This document shows positions 36,449-45,719 of a stretch of DNA of 48,544 nt, piece by piece. This DNA comes from Candidatus Methylomirabilota bacterium. Its GTDB lineage: Bacteria > Methylomirabilota > Methylomirabilia > Rokubacteriales > CSP1-6. The stretch is from NCBI GenBank assembly GCA_046727015.1, contig JBKPBU010000339.1, positions 1-48,544 on the forward strand, given 5' to 3'. Every line of letters begins with the position of its first letter. Within the stretch, counting starts at the first letter, position 1. The notes below the pieces were generated by a model. The model did not search any database. It saw nothing but the letters and a program-made list of their open reading frames with translations, and was not told the origin of the DNA. The position numbers were made by a program, and so were the translations under genes.

Positions 36449-38623
36449 TCACTTGCCCCGCTTCGCCAGGTACTCGGGGCCGACGAGGATCTCGCGGGGC
36501 TTGGCGCCCTGGCCGGGACCGATGATGCGGTCCTGTTCCATCATGTCGATGAAGCGCGCCGCCTTCGGGTAGCCGAGTCCGAGGCGCCGCTGGAGGAAAG
36601 AGATCGAGCCGGCACGCTGGGAGACCACGAGCGTGACCGCGTCCCAGTAGACGTCGTCCCGGTCCTCGTCGCCGCCGCCGCCCTCCTCGGCGACCACGGG
36701 CAGCTCGACCTTCTCGTAGATCGCCGAGCCCTGCCTGCGCAGGAAGTCGCAGACGGCCTTGACCTCGTTGTCGGCGACCCAGGAGCCGTGCACACGCAGC
36801 TGGCGCGAGGCCCCCGGCGGCACGAAGATCATGTCGCCGCGACCCAGGAGCTGCTCCGCACCGTTGCCGTCGAGCACCGTGCGGGAATCCACCTTGCTCG
36901 CCACCTGGAAGGCGATGCGCGTCGGGAAGTTGGCCTTGATGAGCCCCGTGACCACGTCCACCGACGGCCGCTGGGTGGCGATGATGAGGTGGATGCCGAC
37001 GGCGCGCGCGATCTGCGCGAGGCGCACCAGCGAGTTCTGGACGTCGCCCGCCGACACCATCATGAGGTCGGCCAGCTCGTCCACGACCACGACCCAGTAC
37101 GGCAGCTTTTCCTCCGGCGCCACTTCCTTGTTGTAGCCTTCGATGTTGCGCACGGCCTTGGCCTGGAGCGCCTTGTAGCGCTCGTCCATCTTGCCCACGA
37201 TCCACTTGAGCCGCGCCGAGGCCTCCTTGGCGTCGGTGACCACGGGCGCGAGCAGGTGCGGAATGCCCTCGTACACGCCGAGCTCGAGCCGCTTGGGATC
37301 GATGAGCAGGAACCGCACGTCGGCGGGGGTCGCCTTGTAGAGGAGCGAACAGATCATCGTGTTGAGCCCGACGCTCTTGCCGCTGCCGGTCGAGCCCGCG
37401 ATGAGCAGGTGCGGCATGGCCGTGAGATCGGACACCACCGGGTTGCCGGTCGTGTCCTTGCCGAGGGCCAGTGGCAGCTTGCCCTTGGACTCCACGAACT
37501 CCGGCGAGACGAGGATCTCGCGCAGGTAGACCGTCGAGATCTCGGGATTCGGCACTTCGACGGCGACCGTGCCGCGCCCCGGGATGGGACCGATGATGCG
37601 CACCGCCGCTGCCTTCATGGCGAGCGCGAGGTCGTCGGCGAGATTGACGACCTGGCTGACCTTGACGCCGGCCGCCGGCTCGAACTCGTAGGAGGTGATG
37701 ACGGGGCCGGGGCTCGCCTGGACGATGTGCCCGCTGACGCCGAAGTCCTCGAGCTTCTTCTTGAGCGTCTGCGCGTTGGCTTCGAGCTCCTCGCGCGTGC
37801 GCTTGAGCTCGGTGGCGGGCGGGGCCTGGAGCAGGCCGACGGACGGCAGCTGGAAGGCGCGGGCGCCACCCTTGCCGAAGTCGAAGGTCTCCTGCCACGC
37901 GAGCCCCTTCTCGACGAGCGACCCCTTGAGCTTGGCCGGCTCCTTGACGACAAGCCTGGGCGGCTCCGTGGGCCCGTCGGGCTCGACGGCGGGATCGAGG
38001 CGGGCAGACGCTGCGGGCCTCGACGCCGGCAGCGCCGTCTTCCGGCCGCGGAGGAACGGCAGCGCCGATAGCCGGGCGCCGGCGGCGCGCGACATGGCAT
38101 GGAGCGACACTCGTGTGATGAACAGCACGGCGACGGGAATGATGGCGACGAGGACGATCCAGGCGCCCACGGAGCCGACCGAGACACGGAGGGCATCCGA
38201 CACGGCCCAACCGAGGACGCCGCCCTTGTGGATCCGCTGCTCCGAGAGGGTGTCGGACAGGCGCGTGAGGATGCCCGTGACGCTGATCAGGAGGAGCGCG
38301 AGGCCCGCCCCCGCCGGCCAGCCCGTGACCATGCGCGAGCGGATGAAGGCCGAGGCGCCGTAGCCGGCCAGGAGCAGCGGGAAGAGATAGCCCGCGTAGC
38401 CGAAAGCCCAGAAGAAGACCCATCCGAGCCAGACGCCGACGGGCCCGACCGGACTCGACTGGTCGAGCAGGTGCAGGGTCGGGTCGAAGGCATAGAGCGC
38501 CACGAAGCCGAAGCCCGACAGCGCGAGCGCCAGGATGCCCTTCACTTCCCGCACCCAGCGCCCCTGCTCGCGCTTGGCTCGGCTGGCCGCGCGCGCGGGA
38601 GTCTCGGCGGATCTGTCGGCCAT
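36449..38623 (-). CDS. ftsK: DNA translocase FtsK
   Basis: N-terminal TM helices, Walker A IAGSTGSGKSVGLN, VVVDELADLMM, and a C-terminal gamma winged helix (ISFLQRRLGLGYPKAARFID). Start is the ATG at 38623, sharing one base with the rnj stop. Confidence 0.92.
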   Translation of the reverse strand: MADRSAETPARAASRAKREQGRWVREVKGILALALSGFGFVALYAFDPTLHLLDQSSPVGPVGVWLGWVFFWAFGYAGYLFPLLLAGYGASAFIRSRMVTGWPAGAGLALLLISVTGILTRLSDTLSEQRIHKGGVLGWAVSDALRVSVGSVGAWIVLVAIIPVAVLFITRVSLHAMSRAAGARLSALPFLRGRKTALPASRPAASARLDPAVEPDGPTEPPRLVVKEPAKLKGSLVEKGLAWQETFDFGKGGARAFQLPSVGLLQAPPATELKRTREELEANAQTLKKKLEDFGVSGHIVQASPGPVITSYEFEPAAGVKVSQVVNLADDLALAMKAAAVRIIGPIPGRGTVAVEVPNPEISTVYLREILVSPEFVESKGKLPLALGKDTTGNPVVSDLTAMPHLLIAGSTGSGKSVGLNTMICSLLYKATPADVRFLLIDPKRLELGVYEGIPHLLAPVVTDAKEASARLKWIVGKMDERYKALQAKAVRNIEGYNKEVAPEEKLPYWVVVVDELADLMMVSAGDVQNSLVRLAQIARAVGIHLIIATQRPSVDVVTGLIKANFPTRIAFQVASKVDSRTVLDGNGAEQLLGRGDMIFVPPGASRQLRVHGSWVADNEVKAVCDFLRRQGSAIYEKVELPVVAEEGGGGDEDRDDVYWDAVTLVVSQRAGSISFLQRRLGLGYPKAARFIDMMEQDRIIGPGQGAKPREILVGPEYLAKRGK

Positions 38624-40326
38624 CAGACCTCCAGGACCAGCGGGATCACGACCGGCTTGCGATCGAAGCGCTGGTTGATGAACCGGCGCACGGCGCTGCG
38701 CACGACGGCGCCGATCAGCTCGCGATCGATCACTTCGGGCTCCTCGCGCGCGGCCAGCGCATCGCGGATGGCCCGCTTGACCTCCTCCATCAGCTCCTCC
38801 GACTCCTTCACATACACGAACCCGCGGGAGGCGATCTCGGGTCCCGCGACGATCGAGCCGGTGGTCTTGTCCACGGTGAGTGCCACCACCACCATCCCCG
38901 CCTCGGCCAGGAGCTGGCGATCCCGCAGCACCACCTGCCCGACGTCGCCGATACCCTTGCCGTCCACGAAGACGCGCCCCGCCGGGTAGCCCGCGAGGAC
39001 GCGCGCGCCGGTCTTCGACAGCTCCAGGCCCAGGCCGTCCTCGACGAGGAAGATGCGGTCCTTGGGGATGCCGGTGCCCTCGGCGAGCCGCGCGTGCTGG
39101 AGCAGGTGGCGGTACTCGCCGTGCACGGGCACGAAGTAGCGCGGCCGCGTCAGCTCGATCATCTGCTTGAGATCGTCCTCGCTCGCGTGGCCCGAGACGT
39201 GGACGAACGCGACGTCCTCCCAGAGCACCTCGGCGCCCCGGCGGAGGAGCGCGTTGATGGCGCGGCCGATCACGCGCTCGTTGCCCGGGATGACGCGGGA
39301 GGAGAAGATCACGAGGTCGCCCGGACCGACCTCGACGTACTTGTGCTCGCCGGCGGCGATCAGCGACACGGCCGAGTGGGTCTCGCCCTGGCTGCCGGTG
39401 GACAGGATGACCTGCTTTCGCGCCGCGAGGCTGCCCAGCTCGTCGAGCGAGACGAGGAGTCCCTCCGGCACCTTGAGGTAGCCCATCTCGGAGGCGACGG
39501 CGACGTTGGCGACCATGCTGCGTCCGAGCAGAGCGACTTTCCGGCCGCACGCCTGCGCCAGGCTCAGCACCTGCTGTATGCGGTGAATATGCGAGGCGAA
39601 CGTGGCGACGAGGATGCGGCCCGGCGCCTTGGCGAAGCGGCCCTGGAGCGCTTCACCGACCTCGGTCTCCGACCCGGTGCGCCCGGGGCGGCCGACATTG
39701 GTCGAATCCGAGCAGAGGCAGAGCACCCCCCGCTCGCCGAGGGCGGCGAACTTCGCGTAGTCGGGCTGCTCGGCGTCCACGGGACGCGGGTCGAGCTTGA
39801 AGTCGCCGGTATGGATGATCGTGCCCACCGGCGTCTCGATGGCGAGCCCGATGCCGTCGGCGATGGAATGGGTGACGCGGATCGGGATGACGACGAAGCC
39901 GCCCGCCCGGATCTCGTCGCCCGGCGCGTAGGGCCGCAGGTCCGCGCTCTCGAGAGCGCCGAGCTCGCTCAGGCGATGCCGGGCTATCGCGAGCGTCAGC
40001 GGCGTGCCATACACCGGCACGTTGAACTCCCGCAGGAGGTAGGAGAGCGCGCCGATATGGTCCTCGTGGCCGTGGGTCAACACCACGGCCCGGAAGCGCT
40101 TCCGGTGCTCGCGGAGGTAGGTGAAGTCCGGGATGACATAGTCCACCCCCGGCATCTCGTCGTCGGGGAAGAGGAGCCCGCAATCGACTGCGATGATGTC
40201 GTCGCCCGACTCGATCAGCATCATGTTGAGGCCGATCTCGCCGAGACCCCCCAGCGGGATCAGGCGGACGACGGGCTCGGCGGGGACATCGATCGGGACC
40301 GGCTCGGGTCGATAAAGGGTGCTCAC
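38623..40326 (-). CDS. rnj: Ribonuclease J (metallo-beta-lactamase / beta-CASP)
   Basis: VVLTHGHEDHIGAL, GDFKLD, and HVSGHASEDDL. GTG start. Confidence 0.9.
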   Translation of the reverse strand: MSTLYRPEPVPIDVPAEPVVRLIPLGGLGEIGLNMMLIESGDDIIAVDCGLLFPDDEMPGVDYVIPDFTYLREHRKRFRAVVLTHGHEDHIGALSYLLREFNVPVYGTPLTLAIARHRLSELGALESADLRPYAPGDEIRAGGFVVIPIRVTHSIADGIGLAIETPVGTIIHTGDFKLDPRPVDAEQPDYAKFAALGERGVLCLCSDSTNVGRPGRTGSETEVGEALQGRFAKAPGRILVATFASHIHRIQQVLSLAQACGRKVALLGRSMVANVAVASEMGYLKVPEGLLVSLDELGSLAARKQVILSTGSQGETHSAVSLIAAGEHKYVEVGPGDLVIFSSRVIPGNERVIGRAINALLRRGAEVLWEDVAFVHVSGHASEDDLKQMIELTRPRYFVPVHGEYRHLLQHARLAEGTGIPKDRIFLVEDGLGLELSKTGARVLAGYPAGRVFVDGKGIGDVGQVVLRDRQLLAEAGMVVVALTVDKTTGSIVAGPEIASRGFVYVKESEELMEEVKRAIRDALAAREEPEVIDRELIGAVVRSAVRRFINQRFDRKPVVIPLVLEV

Positions 40327-40387
40327 GGCGGCGCTGTCATCGTATCACCCCGACGCGCCCCGACGAAAAAACGGCCCCGGCGGGCGG

Positions 40388-41248
40388 TCAGTGCCCGGGC
40401 GCGTGGGCGAGCTCGGCAAACTCCGCGAGCGAAAGCGTCTCGGCCCGGCGGCCGGCATCGATGCCCGCGGCGGCGCACATCGCCCGCGCGCGCTCGGCCG
40501 AAAGGCCCAGGCCCGAGGCGAGGGAATTGGCGAGGCTCTTCCTGCGCTGGCCGAACGCCGCGAGGACGACCGCGCGCAGTCGCGCCGGATCGCCCACGGG
40601 CACCGGCGGCACCCGCCTCACGCGAAGGTGGACCACCGCGGAGTCCACCTGGGGAGGTGGGCGAAAGGCCCCGGGCGGGACCGTGAAGGCAAGCCGCGCC
40701 TCGCAGGAGAGCTGGGTCAGCACGGACAGGCTCCCGTAGGTCTTGCCCCCGGGACCAGCCGCGACGCGCTCGGCGACTTCCTTCTGGAGCATGAGCGCCA
40801 TCTCGTCGAGGACCGGCCCCGCCTCGACGAGGGCCTGGAGGATGGGCTTGCCCACGCTGTACGGGAGATTGCCCACGACGACGACGCGCCCGGTCGGGTG
40901 GGGCTTGAGGGCGGACAGCCCCGTGTAGTTAAAGGAGCGCGCGTCGGCCTGGAGGATCTCGACGTGGGGCGTATCCGCGAAGCGCTCGCAGAGCGCCGTG
41001 GCCATGACCTGGTCCACCTCGAGGGCGAGGAGCCGGCCGGCCGCGCGGGCGAGGCGGGCCGTCAGCGCTCCCAGCCCCGGCCCGATCTCGACCACGAGAT
41101 CCTGCTGCGTCGGCTGGACGAGGCCGACCATCCGCTCGGCCACGGCGTCGTCGCGGAGGAAGTGCTGGCCGAGCGCCCGCGTCTTTCCGGAGGCGGCATG
41201 ACGCTTGGGCCGCGGCGTCAGAGCCCGCGCGTTCCTGCGCGGGCTCAT
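40388..41248 (-). CDS. rsmA: 16S rRNA (adenine1518/1519-N6)-dimethyltransferase
   Basis: LGQHFLRDD, VVEIGPGLGALT, and VVGNLPYSV. ATGA overlap with the coaE stop. Confidence 0.88.
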   Translation of the reverse strand: MSPRRNARALTPRPKRHAASGKTRALGQHFLRDDAVAERMVGLVQPTQQDLVVEIGPGLGALTARLARAAGRLLALEVDQVMATALCERFADTPHVEILQADARSFNYTGLSALKPHPTGRVVVVGNLPYSVGKPILQALVEAGPVLDEMALMLQKEVAERVAAGPGGKTYGSLSVLTQLSCEARLAFTVPPGAFRPPPQVDSAVVHLRVRRVPPVPVGDPARLRAVVLAAFGQRRKSLANSLASGLGLSAERARAMCAAAGIDAGRRAETLSLAEFAELAHAPGH

Positions 41249-41874
41249 GCCCGGCGCCGCGCCGCCAGCTCGGCCAGGAGCGCGCGGTGGACCGCGCGCA
41301 CCTGGCGCTCCGTCTCCTCGCGCGTGCCCGAGTTGTCGATGACGTGATCCGCGAGCTTCGCTTTCTCGGCGATGGGCATCTGGCTCGCGATCCGCGCCCG
41401 GGCGTCGGCCTCGCGCAGGCCATCGCGCTCCATGAGCCTCCGGACCTCGATCTCGGGATCGGCGAAAACCACGACCACGCGGTCCATCTTGGCCACGCCG
41501 CCGGACTCGAAGAGGAGCGCCGCGTCCCAGAGGACGACGCCCTCGAAGCTCTCCTCGTCGAGGAGGGAGAGGATACGCTGCTGCCGCGCTCCGATGGCCG
41601 GGTGGGTGATCTCTTCTAGCCGCTTCCGCCTGGCCGGATCCGCGAAGACGATAGCCCCCAGGGCCTTGCGGTCCAGCGAGCCGTCGTCCTGGACGAGCTG
41701 GGAGCCGAACTCCTCGACGATCCGGGCATAGGCGGGCTGCCCGGGCATCACGACCTCCCGCGAGAGGAGATCGGCGTCGATGACGCGCGCGCCTTCGTGG
41801 GCGAACATCGCGCTCACGGTGCTCTTCCCGGTGGCGATGCTGCCGGTGAGGCCGACGAGGAGGAAGCGCCTCAC
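41245..41874 (-). CDS. coaE: Dephospho-CoA kinase
   Basis: LVGLTGSIATGKSTV P-loop at the N-terminus. GTGA overlap with the polA stop. Confidence 0.88.
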   Translation of the reverse strand: MRRFLLVGLTGSIATGKSTVSAMFAHEGARVIDADLLSREVVMPGQPAYARIVEEFGSQLVQDDGSLDRKALGAIVFADPARRKRLEEITHPAIGARQQRILSLLDEESFEGVVLWDAALLFESGGVAKMDRVVVVFADPEIEVRRLMERDGLREADARARIASQMPIAEKAKLADHVIDNSGTREETERQVRAVHRALLAELAARRRA

Positions 41875-44800
41875 GCCTGGGCCCAGTCGGCGCCCGTCTT
41901 GATGTCCACCTTGAGCGGGACGTCGAGCGACATCGCCGCCTCCATCACCTCACGGGCGAGAGCCTCGAGCCGCGGCACTTCGTCCTCGGGCGCCTCAAAG
42001 AGCAGCTCGTCGTGGACCTGGAGCAGCATGCGGCTCCTGAGGCCGCTCGCGGCGAGGGCAGCCGCCATGCGCACCATGGCGATCTTGGTCAGGTCGGCTG
42101 CCGTACCCTGGATCGGCGCATTGGTCGCCATGCGCTCGGCGAAGCCCCGGAGGTTCGGATTGCCGCTTCGGAGCTCAGGGATATAGCGACGCCTGCCGAA
42201 GAGAGTCTGGACGAAGCCCCGCTCCCGTCCCTCTGCGACCGTCCGCTCGAGGTACGCCTTGACCTTGGGATGGCGCTGGAAGAACCGGGTGAGGAATTCC
42301 TGCGCTTCTTTGGGCGTGATCGAGAGGCCGCGGGAGAGCCCGAAGGCCGTGACTCCGTAGATGACGGAGAAGTTGGTCGTCTTGGCCACGTCCCGCTGCT
42401 CCGAGGTGACTTTGTCCAGCTCGACGCCGAAGACTTCCGCCGCCGTGCGACGGTGGATGTCCTCCCCCGCGCGAAAGGCCGCGATGAGGCTTTCCTCGCC
42501 GGAGACGTGGGCAAGGATGCGAAGCTCGATCTGCGAGTAGTCAGCCGCGAGGAAGAGATGGCCCGGATCGGGCACGAAGGCGGCGCGGATGCGGCGGCCG
42601 AGCTCCGTGCGGATGGGGATGTTCTGGAGATTGGGACCAGAGGAATTGTGCACGACGATGCCGTCCGTAATGTACTGCTCCCCCTCCACCGCGATATCGT
42701 ACATGGGGACTGGCGGCTCCCACGCTACAGACCGCACGCGGATCTCGAAGTACTGTCCCGAGACCGCCTCTGACAGAAATGACGGCACCTTTTCACCGCT
42801 GCCCTCGAGCGCATTGATGATCCGCTCGGCCCGAGGCAGCGTGCACGTCACTCGTCCCGCGGCGTACTTATGCATGAAAACGTACAGCGCCTGGGGAACT
42901 TCCCCGTTTAGCCGTCGCTCGCTGTCGTACAGAGCCGCCTTGATGCCGAGGATCTCGTCGGATGTCGGGAGAGTCAGCACTTCAGCGCAGCTCTTGGCGC
43001 TCCGTCCGCCGATCAGCCGATCGAGCTGGGACCGTTTCTTGCTCGAGATGAAGCCGATCTGCTCCCGGAATCTCCATTTCGATCTATCGCCCAGAACAAT
43101 CAGGGTGTGTCGCGGTGCGTGCCCGCGAGGGTCCTCACCGCCGTTCGCAATGCTGGACGGAATTCCGAACATCGCGAGCAGATGATGAACGCCTTCCAGC
43201 ATGTCCCTCGATACTGACCGGACCGACAGAGTGTCGGAGGCCGTCCCGTCTCCCTCGAAGTATCCGCGGAGAAACGCGGCCACGATGTCCCGCGGCGCGA
43301 AGAATAGGCTCTGGGGTACCTGAATCACTTTGGAGGTGCCGCCGGCACCGAGCTGCTCGACCATGCCGCACACATCCATGCTCGACAGCTCCAAGACGGG
43401 ACAGGATCGGGCCTTTCGGTACGTCGGGCTCCTCCCGAACAATCTCTCCATGGCGCCGGCGAAGTGTCGAGCAACATCCTGCTCCGGCCAGTCGAATGAC
43501 AGGACAAGCTTCGCGGGCTTCCCGTTGTAATTACTGCGCGCGATATGGCCGTCGGCCATCGTGTATCCGACCATCTCCGCAAGGTCCGCAGACCATTCCG
43601 CCGGGAGCCCCGGAGTCTTGCGCGTGCGATAGGCCGCGGTTTGCTCCACGCGAAGCGCAGTGGAAGTGCCGAACAATCCCTCGGTAAAGCTCATGTACAG
43701 AGACACATCGGGCTTGAGGTCCGACGCTTCAACCCACCGGCCCGTTGTTCGGAGGCCATGGTCGGGACTGCAGCGGAGGATGATTCCCGTCGAGAGGGTG
43801 ATCGCCATCACTGGTTTCACACCGGTCATCTCCGCCGCCAGCACCCTCCGGGGGCCACGACAGGTCCGCACAAGATCCCCCACCTGGACAGTTTCGATGC
43901 CCACTAGCCCCCTTTGGGTATTTACCAGCGAGCCGGCGGGGAGGCAGGAAAGTCTTCCCGTTGCGGCGACGAGCTGATTGAAAGACGTGTGGATGCGTCC
44001 CGTCGCCGGATTGATCAAGGTGGGGAGCGAGTCGGCGTAAGTGGACTTGAGCTTGCTGAGCGTCCGGTGCTCGACGATCTTGGCCGGCAGCTCGTGGCCC
44101 AGCGCCAGCTGCTCCAGCACGTCGGCATCGGTCGAGTAGCCGGTCTTGGTCTTCTTCACGGGCGGGAGCTTCAGCTTCTCGAAGAGGATGCGCGCCATCT
44201 GCTTGGGCGAGCCGATGTTGAACTCCTCCCCCGCCAGGGCGTAAATGCTGCGCGTGATTTGCTCGAGCGACAGGTCGAGCTCCTTCGAGAATTCCGCGAG
44301 CCGAGCCGGATCTACCCGGATGCCGTGGCGCTCCATCTCTGACAGCACCGGCACGAGCGAACGTTCGACGTCTTCATAGAGGGCCAAGAGACCCACTTCC
44401 TTGAGCGCGCGCGGCAGCATCTCCCAAAGCTGCCAGACCCAGCGAGCGCGGCTGCCCGGCGCCGCCAGCCCCGGCCCTTCGCCCAGGAGCTCCGCGCACA
44501 CCTCGTCGAGCTTGTAGTTGGTCCGCGCGGGATTCAGGAGATAGGCGCCGAGCGCGGTGTCCTCGAGGGCGGGAGCGCTGCCGCCCCGCGCCGCCCACCA
44601 CTCGACGAGGTGCTTGACATCGTGGCCGATGAGCCGCCGGCCGCCGAAGTCGGGGAGCGAAGCGCCCAAGGGCAAGAGCGCGCGCTCCGCGGCCGGATGG
44701 TAGAGACCGAGGGCCGTCATGGACGGATCGGGAGAGGTGCCGTCCCCCACCCAGTCGACCGCGACGGGCGCGTCTGCGGGGACGGCCTCCAGCCATTGAC

Positions 44801-45719
44801 GGAGCGCCTCGGCGCCGTCGAGCACGGGCATGGGCTCTCCCGTCACCTGGACGGGCGCCGCGGCGGGGAGCTGGCGCAACAGGGTGTGGAACTCGAGCTC
44901 GGTCCAGAGCGTCCGGAGCCGCTCCCAGTCCGGCTCCTGACGCCTGAAAGCTTCGAGGTCCTGCTCGATCGGGACGCGCGTGCTCACGGTGGCCAGCTCC
45001 CGCGAGAGGAGCGCCTGCTGGCGATGGGCCGCGAGGATCTCGCGCGCTTTGCCCGTGACGAGCGTGAGATTGTCGTAGAGCCGCGCCACGCTGCCGAACT
45101 GCGAGATCAGCTTGACCGCGGTCTTCTCGCCGACGCCGGGCACGCCCGGAATATTGTCGATGCTGTCGCCCATGAGGGCCAGGAGGTCCGGGATGTGCTC
45201 CGGCCCCACTCCCCACTTCGCGGTGACGGCGGCCTCGTCGAACCATACGGGCTCACCCCGTACATTGGTCGCGAGCACCCGCACCTTCGGGCCGACCAGC
45301 TGGAGCATGTCCTTGTCGCCCGTGACCAGCACCATCTGGACCGGCTCCGCGCGCATCTTCTCGACGAGTGTGCCCATCACGTCGTCGGCCTCGAAGCCCG
45401 GCACCTCCAGGAGCGGGAGGCGCAGCGCCTCGAAGAGCGTCTTGACGTAGGGGATCTGGCTGCGGAGATCGTCGGGCGTCGCCGCACGCGTCTCCTTGTA
45501 GGACGGCAGCTTCTCCTCCCGGAAGGTGGGACCCGGCGGATCCCACGCCACCGCCACGTACTCCGGGTTCTCCTCGCGCAGGAGCTTCCAGAGCATCGTG
45601 GACATCCCGAAGATGGCATTCGTCAGCTGGCCCCTCGAGGTGCGGAAGTCGTACGGCAGCGCGTGGTAGGCGCGGTAGAGATAGCCCGGCGCGTCCACGA
45701 CGAAGAAGCGTGCGCTCAC
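41871..45719 (-). CDS. polA: DNA polymerase I, interrupted in frame by an intein
   Basis: 5'-nuclease N-terminus (GYLYRAYHALP, GFEADDV, GVPGVGEKTA). Polymerase motifs are ATGRLS / SSGPNLQNIP, DYSQIELR and QVHDELLFE. The protein is 1282 aa rather than about 850-930 aa because of the insert at 42645-43946. Confidence 0.93.
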   Translation of the reverse strand: MSARFFVVDAPGYLYRAYHALPYDFRTSRGQLTNAIFGMSTMLWKLLREENPEYVAVAWDPPGPTFREEKLPSYKETRAATPDDLRSQIPYVKTLFEALRLPLLEVPGFEADDVMGTLVEKMRAEPVQMVLVTGDKDMLQLVGPKVRVLATNVRGEPVWFDEAAVTAKWGVGPEHIPDLLALMGDSIDNIPGVPGVGEKTAVKLISQFGSVARLYDNLTLVTGKAREILAAHRQQALLSRELATVSTRVPIEQDLEAFRRQEPDWERLRTLWTELEFHTLLRQLPAAAPVQVTGEPMPVLDGAEALRQWLEAVPADAPVAVDWVGDGTSPDPSMTALGLYHPAAERALLPLGASLPDFGGRRLIGHDVKHLVEWWAARGGSAPALEDTALGAYLLNPARTNYKLDEVCAELLGEGPGLAAPGSRARWVWQLWEMLPRALKEVGLLALYEDVERSLVPVLSEMERHGIRVDPARLAEFSKELDLSLEQITRSIYALAGEEFNIGSPKQMARILFEKLKLPPVKKTKTGYSTDADVLEQLALGHELPAKIVEHRTLSKLKSTYADSLPTLINPATGRIHTSFNQLVAATGRLSCLPAGSLVNTQRGLVGIETVQVGDLVRTCRGPRRVLAAEMTGVKPVMAITLSTGIILRCSPDHGLRTTGRWVEASDLKPDVSLYMSFTEGLFGTSTALRVEQTAAYRTRKTPGLPAEWSADLAEMVGYTMADGHIARSNYNGKPAKLVLSFDWPEQDVARHFAGAMERLFGRSPTYRKARSCPVLELSSMDVCGMVEQLGAGGTSKVIQVPQSLFFAPRDIVAAFLRGYFEGDGTASDTLSVRSVSRDMLEGVHHLLAMFGIPSSIANGGEDPRGHAPRHTLIVLGDRSKWRFREQIGFISSKKRSQLDRLIGGRSAKSCAEVLTLPTSDEILGIKAALYDSERRLNGEVPQALYVFMHKYAAGRVTCTLPRAERIINALEGSGEKVPSFLSEAVSGQYFEIRVRSVAWEPPVPMYDIAVEGEQYITDGIVVHNSSGPNLQNIPIRTELGRRIRAAFVPDPGHLFLAADYSQIELRILAHVSGEESLIAAFRAGEDIHRRTAAEVFGVELDKVTSEQRDVAKTTNFSVIYGVTAFGLSRGLSITPKEAQEFLTRFFQRHPKVKAYLERTVAEGRERGFVQTLFGRRRYIPELRSGNPNLRGFAERMATNAPIQGTAADLTKIAMVRMAAALAASGLRSRMLLQVHDELLFEAPEDEVPRLEALAREVMEAAMSLDVPLKVDIKTGADWAQA
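42645..43946 (-). mobile_element. Intein with LAGLIDADG homing-endonuclease domain inside polA (434 codons)
   Basis: Begins with Cys (CLPAGSLVNT) directly after ATGRLS and ends VVHN directly before SSGPNLQNIP. Internal SPDH (block-B-like), LAEMVGYTMADGHI and VAAFLRGYFEGDGT (two LAGLIDADG motifs). Removing it restores ATGRLSSSGPNLQNIP. Codons are visibly more A/T-rich than the flanking polA sequence. Confidence 0.87.

Noticed and set aside
40365-40386. Short GC stem (GCCC-GCCG-GGGC) followed by T6 on the minus strand after rsmA, considered as an intrinsic terminator.
   Set aside because: The stem is only about 4 bp, too weak to call with confidence. Noted as a possible operon boundary between rsmA and rnj.
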